In this document: positions 27,236 through 34,257 of the stretch, piece by piece | Position numbering within the stretch: position 1 is the stretch's first letter | How the letters are laid out: every line of letters begins with the position of its first letter | Assembly: GCA_964629945.1 (NCBI GenBank) | Contig: CAZVTD010000002.1 | Coordinates: 1-54,541, forward strand | Origin: an uncultured Planctomycetota bacterium | Lineage (GTDB): Bacteria; Planctomycetota; DG-23; DATKVD01; CAZVTD01 | DNA: 54,541 bases | Direction: 5' to 3' | Position numbers and translations under genes: made by a program | The notes under the pieces: generated by a model | What the model was told of the DNA's origin: nothing | Databases searched by the model: none | What the model saw: the letters and a program-made list of their open reading frames with translations, nothing else

Positions 27236-27264
27236 TTGACAGGTCTCGTGATTTGGGGTATATT
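27236..27264 (+). promoter_or_regulatory. sigma70-type promoter TTGACA-N17-TATATT
   Basis: TTGACA at 27236-27241 and TATATT at 27259-27264 with an exact 17-bp spacer. It is the only consensus-quality promoter I found in the window. Confidence 0.6.
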
Positions 27265-27279
27265 GTGATTAGAATCACA
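27264..27279 (+). promoter_or_regulatory. Rex operator, TGTGA-N6-TCACA perfect palindrome (in context TTGTGATTAGAATCACAG), abutting the -10 box
   Basis: TGTGA at 27264-27268 and TCACA at 27275-27279. This matches the published Rex consensus TTGTGAA-N4-TTCACAA, and a rex gene lies downstream. Confidence 0.65.
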
Positions 27280-27581
27280 GCGTTACCGTCATCACGATAG
27301 ATGATTGTGTCCGGTTATGAGCACACGACAAGCCAACAGGTAACGTCCCATGATTCAGGCTCACAAGCACGAGGTCGCGGGGGACCGATATCGTGCGGAT
27401 TCATCGCGCGTGTGTCTGAAGACCGTTGTCCAACTCACCCAGAGGACGACTACGGGAGATCCGTTAAGCGGTTTGAGAGGAAGAGGATGCAGGTTGGCTG
27501 GCTGAACATCGATCAAGGGCATCGGAATCAGTCCGCAGCGGCGCGGCAGTCGGCTGGGGTCGTAACCGAGGAGGGAAACTG

Positions 27582-28193
27582 ATGCTCAGCGACAACGTGG
27601 TGGCCCGGTTGAGTCTTTACCGTCGACTTCTGCGTGTGTTGACCAGCCGCGGTGTGCAGTATGTGTTCAGTCACGAGATGGCGGTGATGGCCCGTGTGAC
27701 GGCTGCGCAGGTCAGGCGGGACGTGATGCAGTTGAATTTTTCCGGGAACCCCGCACGCGGGTATGAAGTGTCCGGACTGATGGAAAGCATCGGGCGTGCC
27801 CTAGACAACCCCGCCGGTGAAGAGGTGGCTCTGGTGGGGATCGGGAAGCGCGGGCGGGCGATCCTGGCCTATTTCGAGGGAAGGCGTCCAAAGCTTCGGA
27901 TCACGGCGGCATTCGACGTGGATCCGGCCAAGGTCAACCGAGTGATTCACGGCTGTCGGTGTCATCACCTGGACGAACTGGAGGGTGTTCTGAAGGAAAA
28001 GGGCATCCGCTGTGCGATTATCACGGTTTCCGTGGACGCGGCCCAGGACGTGGCAACGCGCCTGGTCCAGGCCGGGGTGAAGGGGGTCCTGAACTTCGCC
28101 CCTCGCCCTCTGCAGACGCCCGGGAACGTTTACATGGAGGCGATGGACGTGACGACGGCCCTGGAGCGGGTGGCTTATTTTGCACGACAGTAG
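27582..28193 (+). CDS. rex: redox-sensing transcriptional repressor Rex
   Basis: ARLSLYRRLL..., a Rossmann GxGxxG region VALVGIGKRGRAILAY, and the C-terminal VKGVLNFAP...MDVTTALE. Preceded by GAGGAGGGA. Confidence 0.88.
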   Translation: MLSDNVVARLSLYRRLLRVLTSRGVQYVFSHEMAVMARVTAAQVRRDVMQLNFSGNPARGYEVSGLMESIGRALDNPAGEEVALVGIGKRGRAILAYFEGRRPKLRITAAFDVDPAKVNRVIHGCRCHHLDELEGVLKEKGIRCAIITVSVDAAQDVATRLVQAGVKGVLNFAPRPLQTPGNVYMEAMDVTTALERVAYFARQ

Positions 28194-28244
28194 TCTCCCG
28201 GAAGGCGTCAAGCGAACCGGGGGTTCGATAGACCAGATGAGGAT

Positions 28245-28757
28245 GTGGCGAAAATCTTTGCACGAAAGGAAGGCGAAAACGTGAGTGAGATTGATGTGGG
28301 CACGATATTGGCCGGTTTTCCGAATGCGGGTCGTGATGACCTGATTCCGATCCTGCAGGTCATGCAGGAGCGATGCGGCTATCTTTCGCACGAGGTGGTG
28401 CGACAAGTGGGACGTCACCTGAACCTGCCGGCCAGCAAGGTGTATGGTGTGGCGACGTTCTACAACCAGTTCCGGTTCCAGCCGATCGGCCGGCAGCACG
28501 TCCAGGTGTGTCGGGGGACGGCGTGTCACGTGAAGGGTTCGCTTGAGCTTCTGGAGACGATCGAAGGTGAGCTGAAGATCAAGCCCGGACACACGACGCG
28601 GGACGGGATGTTCAGTCTGGAAGTGGTGGCCTGCCTGGGAGCGTGTGGACTTTCGCCCGTCATGTGTGTCAACGGGGAGTTCCACGCACGCATGACCCCG
28701 GCGAAGGCCAGAACACTCATCGAGGGTCTGCGCAAGGAGGAGGTAGTGACCGCATGA
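28245..28757 (+). CDS. NuoE-like [2Fe-2S] subunit (HydC/HndA type) of a multimeric [FeFe] hydrogenase
   Basis: YGVATFYNQFRFQPIGRQHVQVCRGTACHVKG...VVACLGACGLSPVMCVNG shows the thioredoxin-like 2Fe-2S Cys pattern. The stop overlaps the next start (ATGA). Confidence 0.85.
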   Translation: MAKIFARKEGENVSEIDVGTILAGFPNAGRDDLIPILQVMQERCGYLSHEVVRQVGRHLNLPASKVYGVATFYNQFRFQPIGRQHVQVCRGTACHVKGSLELLETIEGELKIKPGHTTRDGMFSLEVVACLGACGLSPVMCVNGEFHARMTPAKARTLIEGLRKEEVVTA

Positions 28758-31700
28758 GCAAAGCAAATGAAACATTGACCGGACCGGCGGATCATCCCCA
28801 CGTGGCGGACAGCATCGTGATGGAGTATCTGCGTGCGGAGGGTGTGACGCGCACGGCGGAGCACCGTGAGCACATGGAGCGTCTGCGGCGCGAGGACGTG
28901 ACGGTTCCGACGATCTACGTTGGCACAGGGACGTGCGGGCTGGGAGCGGGTGCAGGCAAGGTCCTCAAGGCGATCAAGGCCCACCTGGCGGACAAGAGGA
29001 TCAAGGCAGAGATCGTCGAGGTCGGCTGCGTGGGTCTGTGTGCGTTCGAGCCGGTGATGGACGTGCAGGTCCCGGGACGGCACCGCGTGTCGTTCATGGA
29101 AGTCACCGAGGAGAACGCCGGGAAGATCATCGACGCGATGCTCGCCGGCCAGGTTCCGGAAGAGAACCTGATCGGTCAGTTTCGTTCGTCCAAGACGCAG
29201 GCGTGGGACAACGTGGCCTACCTAGACGAGCATCCGTTCTTCAAGCCCCAGCTGCGGTGGGTTCTGGAGCACAGCGGGATCATCGAGCCGACGAGCATCG
29301 AGGAGTACATCGCGCGGGGCGGCTATCTGACGCTGCTGAAGGCCGTGCGGACCTGGACCCGGGAAGAGATCTGCGACATCATCGAGAAGAGCGGGCTGCG
29401 GGGCCGAGGCGGCGGCGGCTTCCCGACCGGAAAGAAGTGGAAGTTCGCGCTCAAGGAAGCCAGCGACCAGAAGTATCTCATCTGCAACGCCGACGAAGGC
29501 GATCCCGGCGCGTTCATGGACCGTGCGCTGATCGAAAGCGACCCGCACCGACTGCTCGAGGGCATGATGCTGGCCGCGTATGCCATCGGAGCCAACAAGG
29601 CGTACGTGTACATCCGTGCGGAGTATCCGCTGGCCATCCGCCGGCTCAAGACGGCGATCGCCCAGGCCCGTGCATACGGTCTGGTGGGCGAGGACATCAT
29701 GAAGAGCGGTTTCGCGCTGGAGTTCGTGATCAAGATGGGAGCGGGTGCGTTCGTGTGCGGTGAGGAAACGGCGCTCATCCACAGCATCGAGGGGAAGCGC
29801 GGCATGCCGAGACCGAGACCGCCTTATCCGGCGGTGTCGGGTCTGTTCGGGAAGCCCACGGTGATTAACAACGTGGAGACCCTGGCGAACGTTCCGGCGA
29901 TCGTGCGCAACGGTGCGGCCTGGTTTGCCGGCGTGGGGACCGAGAAGAGCAAGGGCACGAAGATCTTCGCCCTGTCGGGGAAGGTCAACCGGACGGGACT
30001 GGTCGAGGTGGCGATGGGCACGACCATCCGCCAGGTGGTCTTCGACATCGGCGGCGGCATCCCGGGAGGCAAGGCCTTCAAGGCGGTGCAGATCGGTGGC
30101 CCGTCGGGCGGATGTCTTCCGACACAACTGCTGGACACGCCAATCGACTACGAGTCGGTGAAGTCGGCCGGCGCGATCATGGGCTCGGGCGGACTGGTGA
30201 CGCTGGACGAGACGACGTGCATGGTGGACCTGGCGAAGTTCTTCCTGCAGTTCGTTCAGAACGAGAGCTGCGGGAAGTGCATCCCCTGTCGCGAGGGGAC
30301 CAAGCGGATGCTCGAGATCCTGGAAGGGATCACGCGTCCCGCGCACCAGGAGCGCGACATGGACGCTCTCACGCGATTCCAGGGCGTGCTGCGTCTGAAG
30401 AACCTCGCCGAGATGATCCGTCAGACGAGCCTGTGCGGACTCGGACAGACGGCACCCAGTCCCGTGCTGAGCACACTGCGGTGGTTCCGAGACGAGTATG
30501 AAGCTCACGTGTTCGAGCGACGCTGTCCGGCGGGGGCCTGCAAGGATCTCGTGGGGGCGGTGTGCCAGAACGCGTGTCCGGTGGGGACGGAAGTGTGGCG
30601 TTACGTGGCGCACGTGGCCCGCGGGGAATACGAGGACGCTTACCGGACGATCCGCAGTGCGAACCCGTTCCCGTCGGTCTGCGCGCGCGTGTGCAACCAT
30701 CCGTGCGAGGCATATTGCCGGGCGGGTGCAACCGGTGGAGAGGCGATCGCGGTCCGGACCCTGAAGCGTTTCGTGGTGGATCATGTGTCCCCGAGCGCGT
30801 TCTTCGAGGAAGTCAAGCCCGCAGCCGCCGACGCCCCACGCATTGCCGTGGTGGGCGCCGGACCGGCGGGTCTCACCGCGGCACATCAACTGAGCAAGCT
30901 GGGCTTCCTGGTGACGATCTTCGAGCGCGAATCCGTGGCGGGTGGGATGCTGAGAGCAGGCATCCCGGCGTACCGGCTGCCCCGGGCACGCCTGGAGGAG
31001 GAGATCGAGCTGCTGCTGAACGGGAACGTGGAGCTGAAGCTGAACCAGGAACTGGGGAAGGACTTCACGGTCGATTCGCTGCTGAAGCAGGGATACAAGG
31101 CGGTGTATCTGGCGATGGGTGCGCACGCCAGCCGGAAGCTGGGTGTTCCGGGTGAAGACGTCGATGGCGTCATCCACGGCATCCGCTTCCTGAAGGCCTT
31201 CAACCTGGCGGGCAAGTCCCTGGCCAAGGGCAAGGTGGGCATCATCGGTGGCGGGAATTCCGCGCTGGACGCGGCCCGTGTGGCGATTCGTCAGCAGGGC
31301 GTCGAGGCGGTCACGATCTACTATCGTCGGACACGTCACGAGATGCCGGCGTATGCCGAGGAGATCGAGGCGGCGCTGGAGGAAGGCGTCCAGCTGAAGA
31401 CGCTGGTGTCTCCGGTCGAAGTGCTGTCCAAGGGAGGCAAGCTCACGGGTGTGAAGTTCCTCAAGAACGAGCTGGGTCCCGCGGACGCCAGTGGACGGCG
31501 AAGTCCCGTGCCGGTTCCGGGCACGGAGTATGTCGAGGAGATGGACACGCTGATCGTGGCCATCAGTGAGAACCCGGAGACGACGGCCGTCGACGGTGGA
31601 CTGAAGCGGAGTCGCGACGGACGGGTGACGGTGAGCTCGGAGTCGCACGCGACGGACCGTGAAGGCGTCTTCGCGGGTGGCGACGTCGTGAGAGGTCCCA

Positions 31701-31996
31701 ACACGGTGATCGAGGCCATCGCGGACGGGAAGCACGCGGCCCGCATGATCTACAATTACGTGACGGGTCGGCTGCTGAAGACGCTTCCGAAGGTCCGCAT
31801 GCCGAGCTTTTACATCGAGCCTCTGGAGGAAGAGGAAGAGCCTCCGGTCAACCGGATCGCCTCTCCCACGCTCGGTGTTTCGGAGCGACGCGGGAACTGT
31901 GATGAAGTGGAGTTGTGTGTTTCGGAAAGCGCCGCGCGTTGCGAAGCGAGGCGGTGTCTGCGCTGCGACCTGAGCTTCACGCAGCCGAGGTCATGA
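28754..31996 (+). CDS. fusion protein: NuoF-like flavoprotein (HydB type; NADH/FMN/4Fe-4S) joined to a GltD/NfnB-like FAD-NAD(P)H oxidoreductase module
   Basis: N-terminal half: GLRGRGGGGFPTGKKWKF, ICNADEGDPGAFMDR, ESCGKCIPCREG. From about 30.5 kb: CPAGAC...CQNACP...ANPFPSVCARVCNHPCEAYC, IAVVGAGPAGLTAAHQL, VGIIGGGNSALDAARVA. Start ATG 28754 (MSKANETL). Confidence 0.85.
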   Translation: MSKANETLTGPADHPHVADSIVMEYLRAEGVTRTAEHREHMERLRREDVTVPTIYVGTGTCGLGAGAGKVLKAIKAHLADKRIKAEIVEVGCVGLCAFEPVMDVQVPGRHRVSFMEVTEENAGKIIDAMLAGQVPEENLIGQFRSSKTQAWDNVAYLDEHPFFKPQLRWVLEHSGIIEPTSIEEYIARGGYLTLLKAVRTWTREEICDIIEKSGLRGRGGGGFPTGKKWKFALKEASDQKYLICNADEGDPGAFMDRALIESDPHRLLEGMMLAAYAIGANKAYVYIRAEYPLAIRRLKTAIAQARAYGLVGEDIMKSGFALEFVIKMGAGAFVCGEETALIHSIEGKRGMPRPRPPYPAVSGLFGKPTVINNVETLANVPAIVRNGAAWFAGVGTEKSKGTKIFALSGKVNRTGLVEVAMGTTIRQVVFDIGGGIPGGKAFKAVQIGGPSGGCLPTQLLDTPIDYESVKSAGAIMGSGGLVTLDETTCMVDLAKFFLQFVQNESCGKCIPCREGTKRMLEILEGITRPAHQERDMDALTRFQGVLRLKNLAEMIRQTSLCGLGQTAPSPVLSTLRWFRDEYEAHVFERRCPAGACKDLVGAVCQNACPVGTEVWRYVAHVARGEYEDAYRTIRSANPFPSVCARVCNHPCEAYCRAGATGGEAIAVRTLKRFVVDHVSPSAFFEEVKPAAADAPRIAVVGAGPAGLTAAHQLSKLGFLVTIFERESVAGGMLRAGIPAYRLPRARLEEEIELLLNGNVELKLNQELGKDFTVDSLLKQGYKAVYLAMGAHASRKLGVPGEDVDGVIHGIRFLKAFNLAGKSLAKGKVGIIGGGNSALDAARVAIRQQGVEAVTIYYRRTRHEMPAYAEEIEAALEEGVQLKTLVSPVEVLSKGGKLTGVKFLKNELGPADASGRRSPVPVPGTEYVEEMDTLIVAISENPETTAVDGGLKRSRDGRVTVSSESHATDREGVFAGGDVVRGPNTVIEAIADGKHAARMIYNYVTGRLLKTLPKVRMPSFYIEPLEEEEEPPVNRIASPTLGVSERRGNCDEVELCVSESAARCEARRCLRCDLSFTQPRS

Positions 31997-32050
31997 AAGA
32001 CAGATCTGCCTCCGGGCAGACAGGAAATGAGCGACACGAGGGAGTAGCGG

Positions 32051-33772
32051 ATGATAACGATAGAAGTGGACGACCGGAGTTTCCAGGCGCGAGAAGGCGA
32101 GACGATCCTGTCGGTTCTGAAGCGTGAGGGCATCAGTGTTCCGACGCTCTGTCACGTGGAGGGACTTCCCCCGACCGGAGCGTGCCGACTGTGTCTGGTG
32201 GAGTTGGTGGGTCCCGGGACACTGGTGCCGTCGTGTTCCTTTCCCGTGGCGAACGGGATGAAGATCAGGTCCAATTCGGCGAAGGTTCTGCACGCGCGAC
32301 GGACGATCCTGGAGCTGCTCCTTGCCGACCATCCCGACGACTGTCTGTATTGCAGTCGAAACGGAAATTGTCAGCTCCAGCGGCTTGCGGAAGAGCTGGG
32401 TGTGCGTGAGCGGCGGTACCACGGTCACAAGAACAGTCGCGACATGGACGTTTCCAGTCCGTCGATCATTCGTGATCCGGACAAGTGCGTGCTGTGCGGG
32501 AAGTGTGTCCGGGTTTGCGAAGAGGTCCAGGGGGTGGCGGCCATCGACTTCATCGGTCGCGGCGCCAAGACCACCGTGGGCACCGTTTTCGACACCGGAC
32601 TGAACCTGTCGAGCTGCGTTAACTGCGGACAGTGCATCCTCGCCTGTCCGACCGGCGCCTTGAGCGAGCATTCGTACGTGGATGACGTGGTGGCGGCCCT
32701 GTCGGACCCGAGGAAAACCGTGGTGGTCCAGCACGCGCCGGCCGTGTCCGTCTCCCTGGCGGAGGAGTTCGGCGTGAAACCGGGCAAGGACATCGACGGA
32801 AAGATGGTCGGCGCCCTGCGTCAGGTGGGCTTCCGCTGGGTGTTCGACACGTCGTTCAGCGCGGACCTGACCATCATGGAAGAGGGTTCGGAGCTGGTCG
32901 AGCGGATCAAGACGGGCGGGGTGCTGCCCCTGTTGACAAGCTGCTCCCCCGGCTGGATCAAGTTCGTGGAGCAGTTCTATCCCGAGTTCATTCCCAACGT
33001 TTCGACGTGCAAGAGTCCCCAGCAGATGCTGGGCGCCCTGATCAAGAGCTACTTCGCCGAGAAACAGGGGCTGAACCCTGAAGAGATCGTGAGCGTTTCG
33101 ATCATGCCCTGCACAGCCAAGAAGTTCGAGTGCAGTCGTGAGGAGATGTCGCAGGATCACGTCCCCGACGTGGACTACGTGCTGACGACCCGTGAACTCG
33201 GAGCCCTGCTGCGGATGGTCGGGGGCGATCACGTCAACATGAAACCTGCCCCGGCGGACACGCCCTTCGGCGAGCGTTCCAGCGCGGGGAAGATCTTCGG
33301 GGCATCGGGCGGCGTGATGGAAGCGGCCATCCGAAGTGCACACTACCTGCTGACCGGTCAGGAGCTGGCGGACCTGAAGGTCGAGCCGGTTCGTGGTCTG
33401 GACGGGATCAAGGAGGCGCACCTCAAGATCAACGGGCTGGAAGTCGGCGTGGCCGTGGTGAACGGATTGGGAAACGCCCGGAAGCTCCTCGACCAGCTGC
33501 GTGCCGGCCGGAAGGACCTTCACTTCATCGAGGTGATGACCTGTCCGGGCGGCTGCATCGGTGGCGGCGGTCAGCCGATGGGCGCCGACATCAACGCCCT
33601 GAAGGCGCGTATGCAGGCCCTGTATCGGATCGACCGTGACGAGACGCTCCGTGTCAGTCACAAGAACGAGATGGTGCAGCGTCTGTATAAGGAATTCCTG
33701 GGACAACCTCTGGGCGAGGTCAGTCACCGCCTGTTGCACACACACTACCACCACCGTGACGTGGCCGTGTGA
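32051..33772 (+). CDS. hydA: [FeFe] hydrogenase catalytic subunit (M3-type: 2Fe-2S, His-ligated 4Fe-4S, two ferredoxin clusters, H-domain)
   Basis: HPDDCLYCSRNGNC; CVLCGKCVRVCEE; CVNCGQCILACPTGA. H-cluster motifs are TSCSPGW (L1, with a Ser variant), MPCTAKKFE (L2) and EVMTCPGGCIGGGGQP (L3). Confidence 0.9.
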   Translation: MITIEVDDRSFQAREGETILSVLKREGISVPTLCHVEGLPPTGACRLCLVELVGPGTLVPSCSFPVANGMKIRSNSAKVLHARRTILELLLADHPDDCLYCSRNGNCQLQRLAEELGVRERRYHGHKNSRDMDVSSPSIIRDPDKCVLCGKCVRVCEEVQGVAAIDFIGRGAKTTVGTVFDTGLNLSSCVNCGQCILACPTGALSEHSYVDDVVAALSDPRKTVVVQHAPAVSVSLAEEFGVKPGKDIDGKMVGALRQVGFRWVFDTSFSADLTIMEEGSELVERIKTGGVLPLLTSCSPGWIKFVEQFYPEFIPNVSTCKSPQQMLGALIKSYFAEKQGLNPEEIVSVSIMPCTAKKFECSREEMSQDHVPDVDYVLTTRELGALLRMVGGDHVNMKPAPADTPFGERSSAGKIFGASGGVMEAAIRSAHYLLTGQELADLKVEPVRGLDGIKEAHLKINGLEVGVAVVNGLGNARKLLDQLRAGRKDLHFIEVMTCPGGCIGGGGQPMGADINALKARMQALYRIDRDETLRVSHKNEMVQRLYKEFLGQPLGEVSHRLLHTHYHHRDVAV

Positions 33773-33786
33773 GGACGGGGACCGAG

Positions 33787-34257
33787 ATGAAACAGGGTGA
33801 CGAAAACAAAAACAAAGGACTGACGATGAACCAAGCGAAGAAGAAAATTCTGGTGGTGGACGACGATCCGGACATTATCGTACAGCTGAAGGCCCTCCTG
33901 GATCAGGAGTACGTGGTGGAGACGGCCCCCCCGGGGGCCGAGGCGGAGGAGATCCTCATGGGTTCGCGTCCGGATCTGGCGATCATCGACCTGATGATGG
34001 AGACGCGTGACTCCGGCTTTATGCTGTGTCACAACATCAAGCGACTGTATCCCGGGACCCCCGTCATGATGCTGACGGGAGTCAAGGCCACCACGGGCAT
34101 GTCGTTCACGGCCGGACCGGGTGAAGAAGACTCGTGGTTCGAGGCCAACCTTCTGCTGGACAAGCCTGTGCGTCCCGATCAGCTCCGCAGGGACGTTCGG
34201 CGACTTCTGAGCAAGGATCCACAGGCGAAGAAGGAAGGGGCTCATAAGAAAGGGTGA
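33787..34257 (+). CDS. stand-alone response-regulator receiver (REC) protein
   Basis: KILVVDDDPDII...PDLAIIDLMME...VMMLTG...LLDKPVRPDQL. There is no output domain. The start could be ATG 33826 or GTG 33769. Confidence 0.8.
   Translation: MKQGDENKNKGLTMNQAKKKILVVDDDPDIIVQLKALLDQEYVVETAPPGAEAEEILMGSRPDLAIIDLMMETRDSGFMLCHNIKRLYPGTPVMMLTGVKATTGMSFTAGPGEEDSWFEANLLLDKPVRPDQLRRDVRRLLSKDPQAKKEGAHKKG

Noticed and set aside
27301-27582. 93-aa ORF in the rex leader, ending TGATG at the rex start
   Set aside because: It has weak third-position GC bias compared with real genes here, an odd composition, and no Shine-Dalgarno at 27301. I treated it as non-coding leader but flagged the leader itself as unexplained.
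28643-28753. N-terminal extension of the NuoF::GltD ORF
   Set aside because: It lies inside the NuoE-like gene in another frame. ATG 28754 with ATGA stop-start coupling is the natural start.
29222-31735. 837-aa ORF antisense to the NuoF::GltD fusion (and the similar ORF 31991-33754 antisense to hydA)
   Set aside because: Shadow ORFs. The sense strands carry dense, canonical cofactor-binding motifs.
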